Shown: positions 24,303 through 38,400 of the stretch, one piece after another
How positions within the stretch are numbered: the first letter of the stretch is position 1
How the letters are laid out: each line of letters begins with the position of its first letter
NCBI GenBank assembly: GCA_040143965.1
Contig: JASJQH010000009.1
Coordinates: forward strand, 1-58,363
Direction: 5' to 3'
DNA: 58,363 nt
Origin: Basidiobolus ranarum
Taxonomy: Eukaryota
Program-made: the position numbers and the translations under genes
The notes under the pieces: generated by a model
Seen by the model: the letters and a program-made list of their open reading frames with translations, nothing else
Database searches by the model: none
Told to the model about the DNA's origin: nothing

Positions 24303-25334
24303 ATGGACGTAGAGGAGGAAATAGACCCATTTGAGGCGCGTTTAGCATTTCTTTCGCTGCTAAAAAAACTCACAGCCTCACAACAGTCAATACACAAAGC
24401 CACTAATTTCGCTATTAAATTCAAGTCTCTTTATGAAGATCTATATAGTTGTATCATCGAAGAATTGGATCAGGTATAGAGCATTTACCTTTAAATTCAA
24501 ATTACTCAAGGAACATTTCGTTTAAAAATTAAGAGTTCCTGAAGAATTGCATGTAAATAATATTTCCCCGTTGAACCTTTTCTAAAACTCCTCGATTGTG
24601 TACACTTTTCACTTCAGGCTAGTTTCAGCTCTCGTTTAAATCTCTTATACATACTCGATTCGATATGTCATCAAACCACTCGTATGAAGTTTACCGGATA
24701 TGTGGAGTTGGTACGCAAAGATTTGAACACCATTGTTAATAAAGTGGTTCCTGACAACGCGAAAGGAAACGTGAATTTACCAAGTGCTCGTAAGGTACAC
24801 TCCATTTTTTTATCTATGGAATTCTTTCGATTTATCTCGTGTTTAACCTCTTTCGAAAACAAATATTTAGGTATTGTCTGGTTGGAAAATGAAAGGTATA
24901 GCTCCTGCTGCTGCTATAGAAAAGATTGAGCAGTCTTTAAGTTCACGAGATATTGGGTAAGTTTAAAAGGATACATGTGTTTACTCGTTTAATTATGGTA
25001 TCATTTCAACTCCTTTTCTCTTGTTAGAGATGCGGATTCTGGTTTATCCAAGACGGATATTTTAAAGCGGATGGAAGAGGACCGTGAAAGAGTTAGTAAA
25101 GTCCATCTACTTGCAACTTTGAGAACTCGATATTAACGATATTGATGCATTAAATAGCACAAGAAGATGCGTGAAGAGAATTGGGTCTGCTATTATGACC
25201 AAGAAGACAACGGTAAATCCAAAGAATTTTCCAATACTTGGGAAACCACGTCAGATTTGAATGAACAAGACCTGGAGATGATGGAGTCCGATTATGCTAG
25301 GTTCCGCTCAGACACGGGCCATTCACCAGCCTGA
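24303..25334 (+). CDS. CTK3: CTD kinase I gamma subunit
   Basis: DPFEARLAFLSLLKKLTASQQSIHKATNFA...EDLYSCIIEEL...RLNLLYILDS...ILKRMEEDRER|HKKMRE. Confidence 0.87.
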
Positions 25335-25563
25335 AATATCGGATGGTTATAATTTAAAAGCACGCGTTCTCTTCTGGTTAGAAAGCAATTTCATTAACTG
25401 GTTTGATTTGTAAGAAGCCCATAGAACTGAACCGTGCACACTCCAATTTTATTTTCTCAATACTTTGTAGATAGAATAATTTGAGTTTATAAAAACATCG
25501 ATTTCTTTCATGGAACACACATAACGAATCTATAGTGAGGAAATCAATAACAAAACAAATAAT

Positions 25564-26841
25564 TTAAAGTCTTCTTAAAGGGCTTGGGTTCGATTGTGTT
25601 ATTCCGAAACCACTCGGATCTTTCCCCGTGTATTTCTCTTCGACGTTACTTTCTTCCACGTATAATTGAACCTATGAAAAGGGTTACCATCCATATATTT
25701 AGTTAGTGTATCGAGAGTCCCATTTTACCTTCAACAGTCCAGTATCAATGGACTTTAACATGATCAAATCGGCGCGAGGCATACCCATAGGTTGTTGGTT
25801 GGGCTCAGCTGGAATCCAAGGGTATCCGTCCTAAATTTACAAAGTTAATCATTGTCCAGTAACCCCCATGTAGAAGTCAACTACCTTTGCCTGTGTCGGT
25901 GTATTTATTCCATCTTGCAGTTGGATAACTAAGCTAAAAGTGCATCCTGAATCCCCCAATTATTCTCTGATTTCAAGTATAGAATGATCAATGAATTTCC
26001 ATACCGTTTGGATTTGGCTTGAGCATGGCATCACAAACGCTAATTTTGAGTAGAAAAGCCCTTAAATAGAGTTCTACATCGTTGGCATTCATTGAGCCTA
26101 TTCTGTTTAAACCATATGAATAACCAGCTTGATGTTACGTTCAAGAGTCAATACGTGAATTGGGTACCTTTGTTCACCTTTATCCTTTGGTTCAAATAAT
26201 GTGTTGATCTCAAATACAAACCGTTCTATCGGAATTTGATTTTTATTCACCACCACCAAAGTCATTGTTTCGACATCTCCCTAACACAAATATTATTCTA
26301 ATATTTAGGAGAAATGGTTGTTTGGGGGGAGGTTTCCTTATGGGATGTTCCTAATATTTACCTTTTCAAGGTCAGGTCGACATGCAAGTACCATATCTTG
26401 AATATAAGCATTCAATTGTGGGTGACGTGACATGGGAACTGGTACGTTATACTTTTTTCGAGTTTCAAATAAGGCTATTTCAGCATTCGAAGAGGTTCAA
26501 TTTCAACTGAAGAGAGTTCAAGTCAACAACAACGGCTTACATACTTGCAGGATATATCTCACGTACATAAAGTATCATGTGAATGGCTGCTTCCACTGTA
26601 GGTTGAGAGATAATTAGTCTTGTTATTTAATATAGTGAGATCTAGTACCATTTATCATATAAAAAAAAGAAATATAGGAATGGAGAAACTCACAAAACTC
26701 GCAAAATATTTCGATCGTCTCTACAAGAAAACGAGAGTTGACAAAATCAGTACAAAAGATAGAATCATTGATGCACATTCATATTTTTATACCCAAATAG
26801 TTTAAGAGTTTTGGGTGGGTAACTTCAGGTATTACGTTCAT
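25564..26841 (-). CDS. REV7: DNA polymerase zeta subunit Rev7/MAD2L2 (HORMA domain)
   Basis: Spliced FCEFLEAAIHMILYVREIYPA...RKKYNVPVPMSRHPQLNAYI...PIERFVFE...LRAFLLKISVCD...YPWIPAE...VQLYVEES; absent from the ORF track because the exons are short. Confidence 0.88.
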
Positions 26842-27243
26842 CAGGAACAGAACGTAACAGAGGAAGCAATCGAATCAAGAGTGTATTTTACTAAAGGTAG
26901 AAAAGGGTAGATAAAGTAGGAATTGTTTATTTTGGAATATTTCCCATTTTGTTGTGAATACGTTGGGTGGTAAATCACAAAAACCAGTCACCCTGAAACT
27001 TCTCATCACGAAAGCTAAGCCAGCAACTAACTACAGATAATAGCTGACCTCAGCTGTACGATACTACAATCACCAGTCATGACGAGCTAACTTAATTTAT
27101 TCACGGGAACTTGCCCAGATGATTATTCAAGCTATACAGGCAACACTGATAATTCCCAAACCAAATTACAGATAAAACCAACATTTGAAATGCGATCTCC
27201 TCTCATAAGTGAACATCTAGCCATTGAATCAAGATTACCGACA

Positions 27244-28083
27244 ATGCCCAAAGCAAGCGAAAGAAAACAGAGGTTTGGATTTCAGTAGTTCTTGGTAGCG
27301 GAAGTGTTCTAACTTGTTTCCTCAAGAAAGCTGAATTGGCACAGCAAAGATATCATCAGGATCCAGAGGACCCAAGGCCAACCATGGTTGATCAACGATA
27401 TTGAATCGTCTCATGGTAGAAATCGGAAGATACCTCGAGTGGTACATAAACGGGAACAAGAAGGAAAATGCTTGGTGAAGTCAAAACCTCATTTTCAATT
27501 CAACGAAGTTCCAGCAGAAATCCTCTCAGAAATTCTTAGTTATGTAGACATATCACACGGGGATTTGTTATCCTTTCGATATTTGTGTCGCAATATGAAC
27601 GATGCCACGCTATTTGAAATCAAAAAGAAGGTGAAGTTTCGATTAAGCGAGAGATACTACATCGCCCCTCAGCTCAACTCCAGTATTAACTCTGCAAATG
27701 TTGTACGCCAATATGTTCTACTTCATAACCTTCGAGGTGGCTACGGATTTTACGGAGTTTGTATTCGTTGTGGACTGTTCGACTCAAGCAGTGTGGAAGG
27801 GCGACTGAAGAATGGCTCCATTTCAGTATGTCGAGAATGCTTCACACCCGACATAAATGATTCGTTCAAGAGAAACGTCAGAACATTTGAAGAGTTAGAG
27901 CAAACCCGAATGGCTCTAGGTGATATCAACTACAACGATTGGATTCTTGAACCGCCTTGGATTTATGAACGAGATAAGCGATGGGTCACTTTTACTGACA
28001 TGAAGGATTTCATAGAAGATTGGTATGATCTTGCTATTACTTTGGTTCAGATTGGCTACGAATGGAAGGTTGTCTCTGGTTGA
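27244..28083 (+). CDS. F-box protein with a putative C4 zinc finger
   Basis: Probable exon 1 at 27244 plus one intron; F-box FNEVPAEILSEILSYVD...LLSFRYLCRNMN; CIRC...CREC. Confidence 0.65.
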
Positions 28084-28208
28084 TTCCTTGTTACTTGTGT
28101 TAATTGTTGCCCCTGTTTGCTACCACAATCACCAGATAAGCGAATATATATAGTATAGTAACTCAGTAAACAAAAATATTTATATACAATAATAGTCAGC
28201 CATATCAC

Positions 28209-29708
28209 TCAATAGTATATCTCATCATCGGTTGACTAAAGAAGAGATGGTTAATAATGCCACTCCTTAATGATGAGGTTGAAACACTAACCCCGCAATC
28301 GTCTAAATCGTCATTCCTGAAATTCGGAAATTCACAGTAAAATGTGGGTAGATGAGAGTAATACGCAGCGTTGGTTTGAAAGAAGTAGAACAGACAGGAA
28401 AGTAGTAACCCGAAATAGAGTTTACAAACCGGCATAAAGTAGAATTTTTGAGAAATAGAAGTTGGGTAACCTTGATTAGTGAAATTCCAGATTTTCTACG
28501 AAAATGAACATTACATTTCACCCATTGCCATCTGTAGCTCTCGTACTCGTTGTTTCAGCTGTTGCTTTGTGGCCAGCAGGTGGTGTATATATTCTACAGC
28601 TATTTTAGAAGTTAGTACTCACTCTGACTGAGTACGAAACGACCAGACCTACATTTTTCCAGTATCACCGATTCTGCTCTATGATTGTGATTTAATGTTG
28701 GTACAATATCCACCAAACGTTCAAATCCTATACGAATGTTCTGTCGACGTTTTTGCTCGGATGCTATATGATTTGCACGCTTCTCCTCCTCTGTAAGCAG
28801 CTCATGAGTCGCTTTTTTCGAACGACGGCCTCCTCGGGCTCCACTTAGGCCATCTTTAGGGGAATCAATCAGGTTATTGGAGGCTATTGAACTGGTACTT
28901 GTTCGACGTCGACCATTCTCCATATCATACGTCGGTGGCCTGGATTTGGTGGCCAACTGAGCAGAACGTCGATCTTGAAATATGCATCAATCAATTTATA
29001 GGCCAATGGGAACAGGGATAGGAAATGATAGGAATACTTGTATTTATGTTGCTACTCATTTGACCCATTACCGGTAATGCAAGTCTTCTTTGGTGAGAGT
29101 TTCTCATTGGGAGGTCAGGAAAGGATCGATCCATAAATAAAGATTGAGATAAAACGGTGGGCTGTAAAGGTGAGTTTGGTCTTGGATGAAAATTCGAATT
29201 CTCTATGAAGAAGAAATCAGAGTCAGATGAGCTGCTTGGTATCACGTTATGTTACAGATTTGTGAGAATGACTTTCCCTTAAAAGGGAATGCTGGCCAAC
29301 ATCTTGTGTACAAATCACTCTTTCACATGATAGTTGCTACTTTACCTTGTGGAAAGTGGGCATGATAGAGTCTGTCCATTGGAGCGGAAGGATTCAAGGG
29401 AACCAACGGGTTGAATGATCCGACTTCCATAGGGTTGGGATGGCGGGTAGTATGAGAATGAAGATATACTGAATGTTCGGAGAGTTGGGAATTGCTAAGC
29501 AAAGTCTCCTCTGAATTGATATCTAAAGATGTTGGATATAGTTAGATGATTATTCACAAGGCAAGACTGCAGTTCAATCGAAACACCACATTTCTGTTTG
29601 TAGAATATACCTCAGATGTGTGTGGTTGAAGACGAGTCGAAAGGTAAAGTATTTAGAAACAAGCTAACCTTCTATATATAATGAATTATTTGATTGAGTG
29701 GAGTTCAT
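28209..29708 (-). CDS. bHLH(-zip) transcription factor, Ino4/Mlx-like
   Basis: LLTEEEKRANHIASEQKRRQNIRIGFERLVDIVPTL...ESVILEK|SVEYIHHL; both termini reconstructed by eye. Confidence 0.8.
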
Positions 29709-30140
29709 ATCCAGCTATGAGTTCTAAAGCAAAGGAGGCGAGGATTCTAACGGAAATGAAAAGATTATGGGAAGTAAAGCATAATTAGCGGGCAAACGTC
29801 TTTTATGGAAAATATATAGATAAACAGGTCAGAGTTTAAGCAGAGATCAGAAAACAATAAATAAAAGATGGCTATATATATAATCAGAATCGACGGTATG
29901 GAGTAGAGCAATAGACTGCACATGTAGACCATGAAGTCTGTAGTACGAAAGATATTTGGGCAAGGTTTGTGCCAACTAAGGGATGGAGTATCCAGTCACA
30001 TGTGATAAAAAAGAGTGGGTAAATGTAGAGATTCGAGTGAGTAAGCGAAGTAGCTCGAACATATGAAATCATGTGAAAAGAATGGTACAAGTATGCAGTA
30101 ATCAGTGTTATAAGGAATCAATGCTAACAGTTATCCATGT

Positions 30141-30219
30141 AAGCATACATGCTACGAGTAAAGTAGGAATAATAAGCATACATACTACGAGTAAACTAGG
30201 AATATCAAGCATATATACC
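30141..30219 (+). repeat. Degenerate 33-nt tandem repeat (about 2.4 copies)
   Basis: AAGCATACATRCTACGAGTAAASTAGGAATA.. at 30141 and 30174, partial copy at 30207. Confidence 0.8.
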
Positions 30220-30653
30220 GTGATCAATGAATATTATAAGCTATATACGATCACTGGATGGGCTGGGAATTATGCTTTGGTTGCTGAAGATCTTTTGGTG
30301 AGGAAGATCTACAGGGTGATTGATGTATACATTCTCTACGATAATCCCATCCATGGGGTGGAACGGGTAGAACGTTACAAATAACTCGATCAATAACGCT
30401 ATAGGAGCCCGAATGACCAGTGGGCAATTATTTCAGTGAAGCAAATCATCTTTTTTCAAAAATACCGATTTATGGAAGTGCGATATGAAGATATGTGCAT
30501 AAATGAGTATATTGGAAGAAATGATAACTCAAAAGAATTCTTATTAAACTGGAAATCATAACAACATTAAAAATATCCTATTCAAGAATTGTCAAAATTA
30601 GACCAAGTCTTCGCAAATTCCCTCATCTTCGGAATGTTGTTCATAACCGTGGA

Positions 30654-31535
30654 TTAAAGCATTTTCTTCTGTTCGTCAACTGAAAGACCACCAGGGCCCA
30701 TACTAACCAACAACATTAATCCACCCATAACACTCAAAGTTTGGAAAAAGTCATACTTGACGAAATCTCTACTAGGATGAGCATGATGAATAGACCACCA
30801 GTTATTGATAAGTACGTTGAAAATCGAAAGGAATAGCACAAGGAACATGGCAGACAACTTGGCCTTAAAGCCCACAACAACCATAGTACAGGCGATAAAC
30901 CCAACGATAGACGAGATAACCCTTAATAGAGTCAACTCCCCGGCGAAGACAAATGACAAGAATAGGAAAATCAAAAGAATACGTCCGGCAAGTTGGAAGT
31001 AAGTAGATTTGTCAATCTCCGATACACTAGGAAGTCCAGCAAAAGATGTTTGGCGCTTGTGAAAGGCATCTGCAAGGAGCATCAAAAGACCACCAATTAA
31101 AGAAAGATTACGAAGGAAGAATTTGAAGTCGAAAAGAAGATCATATCCCAGGGTTTGGGATATAACTACAGCGAACAACCCAATAACTGCATATTGTGTG
31201 TGTTTCTTCGTGATTGCCATTATGGAGCCTATAATCATAGTCTTAAATATATATCAAGTGTTAGTCTAAAAAAGAATAAATAGTGAGGCGTTCAGCAGCA
31301 TGCATACCAAGATATTGAAGGCTAAGAAGAAATGGCTAAATCCCCAGTAGAAACCACGGTATTTTTCGAGGTAACGAAGCTGATCAGACCACTGGAAGGT
31401 GATACGAATGGAATCTTCAATAAATGTTACCACCAACAAGAAACGAGCGATGGCAGGAATGTAGGGTTTGGCGGGAGCAGCAATCGTGACAATCATGTCC
31501 TCTAACTGGGAGGTAATACGCTTGACCTGTTCCAT
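30654..31535 (-). CDS. ERV29: ER-Golgi cargo receptor SURF4/Erv29
   Basis: KPYIPAIARFLLVVTFIEDSIRI...RDFVKYDFFQTLSVMGGL...GPGGLSVDEQKKML (KKXX). Confidence 0.93.
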
Positions 31536-32213
31536 GTTGATCTATTGTCTAGAAGTTACTTACTAGTATGAATCAATATTCTTGTCTCAACAAAACTATT
31601 TAAAGTATATTGTAACAAGGTAAAGTTTAGACGTCGAAGTTCGAGTATCTGTCAAATAGCTTGAGATAATTCCAAAGGATATTTATAACCGGGATTCCTT
31701 GAAATCAACCGTATTTGACAAGTTGATGTATAGGTAGAAAGAAAATCAGTCACCAAATCGCATTACAATAGTGACACACTTTCGCTTGTTATTGGATCAA
31801 ATTTGTAGTTTTGACCTTGACACTAATTAAGAGCTGAGAGCGAGAACAAACATTACTCAGATCCTGACAAGCTATAGTTGAGATCCACTAGACCAATTAA
31901 ATTTCTTGATTCCATCTATATGGCATTTACTCACTAAAGTCATAACATTCGAATGTGGGCTACTAAAGCAATGCAGAGAAGAGTCTAGAATTTGGTTATT
32001 CTACGGGATACTAAAGAGGGTTAAGATTAAACAACATTATATCCCAAAGCTGTGCAGATATGGTTTATTTACAATCCAAATGATTTTTAATCTGTTTATT
32101 GTCTCTAATTTGAAAAAAAATCCATCTTGTAGGTAACACTTGACTAAGCTATTTCTTTCAGGAGTGTTATTCTTCGACAACACCTCCCAATTGGGCACAC
32201 ACACGAAGTTAAC

Positions 32214-34126
32214 ATGATGTTTTATGATGCAAGTTTTGGCGATGGGAGAAAAGCTCCCGTTACTCATGAGAGAATGACCGAATTTCAAGCAATTGTACTG
32301 GCTGGTCATGGTAACAGGTTAGATTTCAAACGAAGCGAAATATATTCTGATCGAGTACCTTGTGAAAATCTATGACTCGAATTTTGCTCGGTCAAATTTT
32401 AACCATTCAACGATATAGAATGTCTCCACTTACCAACGAAGAGAATTTACCAAAAGCGCTGCTGCCAGTTGCTAATAAGCCCCTACTTTGGTACCCTTTG
32501 AATTGGCTTGAGAAAGCCGGAATCAAAGGTATGAGATGCTTATTTACACCTTTATGCTTGGCCTCTAATGAATAAGTATTTTGCATCATACAAAACTAGA
32601 TATCATTGTCATTGCACCTTCCTCTGCTGGCGCAAAGATCTCTCATTATCTTACAAGCGTTTACAAAAAAACCTCTCACGTTGAACTGGTTGCTTTGGAA
32701 GGGTATGTCGGTACTGTTGAAGCATTGAGACAAGTCAAGGATAAAATTAGGGTACTTTTCAACTCATTCATATATACTGCCCAGAGAATGCATCAACTAA
32801 ATACGCCTCCTTTAGCACGATTTTATTGTAATGAGTTGTGATCTTGTATTTGACCTGGTCCCTCATGATTTCCTTAATTTCCATCGTGCCAATGACTCTA
32901 CTATGACCTCTTTGTTCTACGAACCTATCAAATCCGAGGGAGGTGGCTCTGGTAGAGATGACGATGGTACTGTTGGTGTATTTCCTCTTATGCTCTAAAC
33001 TACATTCGACTGACTTTCCTCTTGAAGACATGAACCAATATGTTGGTGTAGATCCCAAAGATTCTAGACTAATTTACTCCAAGGCGGCCATTGATGTTAG
33101 TGACGAGTTGGTCTTCAGGATGTCACTTCTCTGGAAGTTAGTATTTACTCTAATCCTTAGATTCAACGACAACTGACTTATTATTTTTAAGACATCCTTG
33201 TATCAACGTATACACAACACTTCGTGATGCTCATCTATACATCTTCAAACGCTGGGTGATGGATTTGATCATGAAGAAGGACAAATTCCTCAGTATTCGT
33301 GAAGATTTAGTGCCCTATCTCACTAAGATTCAATATCAAACTGGACTAATCGAAAAGGACGAAATTGAAAAGCGTAAGAGTATTGTATTTTTTGAGATAC
33401 TTTCATTTACTGATGGCAAGTCTAGTTATCACTCCTTCTAGTAATCAACAAGATCCTTTCGAGTACTCCAGCTCCAGACGAGTTCTTGAACAAGATCTAG
33501 TCAAGTGCCAGGTCTATTTCCATCGTGGTGGTCTCTGCGGTAGAGTCAACACAGTAGGAACATACTTCGATATGAACAGACATGTGAGTGCTTTAGATTG
33601 TTTTCTGTTTGTTTAGATCACTGACTTATGCCTCTTTAGATGGCCAAAACCACCACAGATATTCGAGTTCCTTCTTCCGCTGACATCAATCCCAAAACAC
33701 AGATTGGCGCAGACTCGATTGTTGGAGAAGGATCCCGTATGGGAGAGAAATGCTCGGTCAAAAAATCCATTATTGGTGCTCATTGCATCATAGGAAAGAA
33801 TGTTAAAATCAGCAACACCATCTTGATGGACTACGTCCAAGTTGAAGACGGGTAATGATCTAGAAGTAATTCATTTTCCAACCCTATACTTACCCTCTCT
33901 TTAGAGTTAAACTGGATGGTTGTGTCGTCTGTAATGGTGCCAAGATCCATGAAAAAGCCCAACTCAAAGATTGTGAGGTGGGAGCGAATGTTGTCGTAGA
34001 GAAAGACAGTAAGTTCAATGCAGAAACATTTATTCCATAATTCCATCATATTCAAAGAATTTCATTACTTTAATAGCTCAAGCCAAGAGTGAAAGATTCA
34101 TGGATTATCCAGAGACTAACGAATAA
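32214..34126 (+). CDS. GCD1: Translation initiation factor eIF2B gamma subunit
   Basis: [52 protein letters not shown], and a C-terminal hexapeptide (LbH) region. Confidence 0.88.
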
Positions 34127-34345
34127 AATCACTGTTGCATGTAAACTAAGAACAAATGAAATAAATTCATAAACTGACTTGTTTTCCATCTGACACCACA
34201 TTATGTTGAATTGTCTGCAAGAAGAAAAGGAGGCAATGAGAATACCATACAAATATATCTTTAATGAGGATGCTTTTTGAGTGTAGAATATGGATGAGAC
34301 GGGCAGTGTTTACTAAGAATGCCATGTAACTAAGTTTCTTTTCTT

Positions 34346-34883
34346 TTAAAAACCCTTTTCGGTCAACCACTTACGAACTTCACGAACATAATTTCCTTTA
34401 AATACAATATGGGAAGTTCTTCTATTAATACTGATAGATTCAGCAGGGGCAACTTGAATCAAGTCTTGACGAAGTTTCTAAAAAAACCCAGAACAAATTA
34501 GTAAAAGAAGAAAACCAATTCCACTCCTTCGACAAATAGAATTTTCTCTTAAAACTTACGTCCAAGTCACCTTCAGCACGACGAATAAGGGTCAAGAAAC
34601 GAGTGCCACCGTTCTTGATATCCGAGTAAACTGGTAAAGATTTACCTGCAGTACGTCTAACAAAGTATTTAATATCCGCGGGTAACTCTTGTTTAGGATA
34701 TTGAACTAAAGAAAATGTCAACCAACTTCAATATTTTATACACTTTTCAAAGAAAAATATAACCCCTCACATACTTGACTTTTGATGAAAACGTCCAACG
34801 TTCTTAGTAGAGTACGCGGCCCGAGAAAATCCTCCAAAGGCGGGCTTGCTTGCTTGTAGAACTAAACTTAGTGATTTCGACAT
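34346..34883 (-). CDS. IMG2: Mitochondrial ribosomal protein mL49/Img2
   Basis: YFVRRTAGKSLPVYSDIKNGGTRFLTLIRRAEGD...IVFKGNYVREVRKWLTEKGF*. Confidence 0.88.
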
Positions 34884-35424
34884 AACTACTAATTCGACGT
34901 TATCTTACAAGAACGAAATCCTTTCTAGTCACTCTATTCCTATAGAAAATGAAAAATTTGTCCCAAAAATAAATACTACAATTGGAAATGTCACGTGGAT
35001 GAGAAAAGAATGATTCTGATCTATTAAATATCTGTATTATGGCATGTTGTAGATGTTAAAAAACATGGGAAACTTCTTGTCAAAAAAAAGATAAATCGAT
35101 GTATCATTCAGAGCTGTTTCTCTCTTAGTATATGGAGCAACTCGGCATAGAATTTTCGAACAAAATCAATACTCAATGTTCATAAAATGTCAATATATAT
35201 TCTATTGTGGAATAAAATTAAAGTGTTGATAAAAGGGTCCAAAACATCGGATGTTTAGTGACTTCTGAGGTTTTGTTAACAAATATATATATTGCTACAG
35301 GAAAATAGGTCATGGTAACGAGGCAAAAGAGTATAAATTCGAAAAGAAAACCGGGAATGGAAATATATCTCTTCTCTTTCTATTGAAAACCGACCGAGAA
35401 TATAAAAAAAGTCGAATTATTGAA

Positions 35425-38400
35425 CTAACGAGTGCGTCTCTTGGGTCTAGCAATCTTACGACCAGCAGGAACGGTACTACTACCCATATTAAATCCGCCT
35501 GGAGCTGCTGGTTGTGCTGCACTTGCAGGGGTACCATTAAATCCGAAACTTGGTTGTGCGGCAGGTGTACTAGCACCAAAAGCAAATGGTGCCGGTTGAC
35601 TTGGGGTACCATTGAAATTGAAACCATTTCCAGGTGCAGATCCGGCTTGGCCATTTCCTGATCCAAAGGCAAAAGTGCTAGGTTGAGAAGCTGCTGGTTG
35701 AGAGGCACCAAAGGAGAAGTTGGAATTACTATTGGCTCCGAATGCTGTGGTTTGAGGTTGAGGCTGGGCTGATGAGGCACCAAACCCAGTAGTACTTGTA
35801 CTGCCAAATGCAAACGAGCTGGTGTTGGCTCCAGAATTGCTACCGCCAAATGACATAGAAGGTGGTTGTGACGTACTAGCTCCGAAGCTAAACCCTGTAG
35901 CAGTGGATGGACCACTACTATTACTACTACCAAAAGCAAATGGAGCAGGGGGGTTTGGAGTGGTAGCGGCAGGTGTACTGCTATTAGCTCCAAAACCTCC
36001 AAATCCAGTTGGTGGTGTAGATGACATAGCATCATTTGAGTTAGAGGTTCCAAAAGTGAAAGGAGCTGGTGTAGCTTGGGATGGAGTAGTAGTACTGAAA
36101 GTAGTAGCTTGTGTTGCAGGTGCTCCGAAAGTAAATCCGCTAGGTTGTGCCTGTGTGTTGGCGGAACCAAAAGCGAAGGGCGCAGGTTTGGAATCAACAG
36201 TAGTGGATGGTTGGGAAGCTCCGAATCCGCCAAAAGCAGGTGTAGATGTACCAGCAGTCGAGGTTCCAAAAGTAAATGAAGATTTACTGTCTGTAGTACC
36301 AAATCCGCCAAAAGCGGGCTTGTCTTCGTTAGCTTTGGGAGTTTCCGAAACAGTAGAACTGGGGGCTCCAAAGCTGAATGATGACGGTTTAGCTGTTTGG
36401 GTGGTGGGAGTACCAAATGTAAATCCAGGTTGGCTACTACTGGATGAGGCTGCTGGTGTACCAAACGTAAAGGTAGATTTACTATCGACAGGAGTGTTGG
36501 TGCTTGCAACTAAAGTAGATTCTTCACTTTGGCTAGCAGGTGCACCAAAGCTAAAGCTGGTAGTTTTAGCATCCGAAGTATTGGTAGAGTTAAATGAAAA
36601 TCCACTAGGTTTGGGTTCAGTACTATTGGAGGACGCCGCTGAATCACCGAAAGTAAATCCTGCAATTTTGGATCCTTCCTCACCTGTAGCAGCCTTAACG
36701 CCACCAAAACTGAAACCAGACTTAGGCTCACTTGTATTAGTAGGAGTACTGTCATTTGTACCAAAGCTAAATGTAGGCACATCAGATACTGGCTTGTTAG
36801 TGAGCGAAGTACTGGCGCCACCAAAGGTGAACCCACTGGCTTTAGGCTCAGGAGGACCACTTGGAGTGGTACTAGGAGCGCCAAATGTGAATCCTGTGGA
36901 TTTGGGCTGAGTTTCCTCTGGTTTGTTGGCAGTGGAATCATCAGTAGAGCTGGCAGGAACTTGAGAACCAAATCCTAAAGGTTTGTCATTGGCTACGGGA
37001 GTACCAAAGGTGAATGTAGGATTACTTGGAGTTGCAGACTCAGAAGCAACAGGCTTGCTTGGTACTGAAACGCTGGGAGCTCCAAATGAAAACGATGGTG
37101 TTTTTGTCTCGTGTTCATTCTTATCTTTGGTAGCATTAGTATCAAGCTGGTTGTTAGTCAGCTTGGGTTCAGTTTTATCTGAAGTACCAAAAGCGAAGGT
37201 GGGTGTTTTGATTTCTTCAATAGCAGGAGAACTAAATGAGAACCCAGGTTTGCTTGATGTCACAGTTTCTGATGAGGTTCCTCCCAAAGAGCCAAAAGAA
37301 GGCTTAGTTGAACCAGAAACATCCTTATTACTTAACTCAGAGGTTGAGGACTTGTCCTCACTTACAATTGGAGACGATCCGAATGAGAAACCGGCGGGTT
37401 TTTCCGATTTTTTAGGGCTGCTAAAGCTAAACCCAGAGTTGGTTACCTCAGACTTCTCAGTGGTAGATACATCTGTTGAAGAAATGGAATTCCCAAAAGA
37501 GAAGCCAGCTAGCTTTGTTTGTGTAGGGATATTGCTAGGAGTTTCTGGAGAAGTCAAGACAGAAGCGGATTTATCGGTGGTTAGACTCTCGGTTGTTACA
37601 CTGGGGCTAAGTGATCCAAAAGAAAATCCGGATAGTGTACTGCTTTTCACTTCTGTATTACCCAAAGATGGTGCTGATGAAATAGCTGAGGTGAATGCTT
37701 CAGTGTTACCCAATATGCTACTTCCTTTATCGGACTCACTCTGGGGGGTTTTGTTTGCTGATGTAGAAATATCGGAAGTTGCAGAGCCGAGGAAATTAGT
37801 GGTTGTAACACTGGGAGTTTTCGGAGTAGCAAAACCAAAACCACCTGAAGTATTCAACAAGGGTGCAGGAGCAATTGTCTTTAATGTCTCATCTTCCTCA
37901 CCGCTGTCTAGATCTTCATCTCTAGCAGAGAAGCGATTACTTGATCCATGTTGTCTCGTCGAGAAGGTCTTCATTTTGAGAGAATATTTTTTGAGTGTAT
38001 GTGAGGACTCGTCCACCGGTTTCTCGACCTCAGTTCGCTTAAACTCAACAGGCAATGATGGAGCTTTAATATCACTAAGAGCTACAGGAGATCCAAAACT
38101 GAAATCAGTTTTAGAAGGGGAATGATCTTCAACAGTAGTGGCATTATTAGCGGAAAGTTCATCAGTGGAATTAGAATCTGTAGTATTAGAAACATCTGAT
38201 TCTATACTCTTTTTGGCCTCTAACTGCTGAGAAATTTTCTTCTTTTTCTCATTAACAGAAGAAAGAAATTCAGAGACCTCTGACAGACGAGATGGGGCTT
38301 TACTGACAGCTCTGCGGCTTTTAGAATAAGGGAGACCAGGAAGGCTGAGAGGTACAGAGAGCGCCTTGGTCGGAGGAGCAATATCATCCTCTAATAAGAT

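Noticed and set aside
30073-30384. 103-aa plus-strand ORF
   Set aside because: Its length is inflated by the 33-nt tandem repeat; GTG start and no domain features
35310-38125. Long overlapping/antisense ORFs (35310-36509, 35822-36910, 36983-38125)
   Set aside because: Shadow ORFs produced by the low-complexity Ser/Thr/Gly/Pro FG-repeat codons of the nucleoporin
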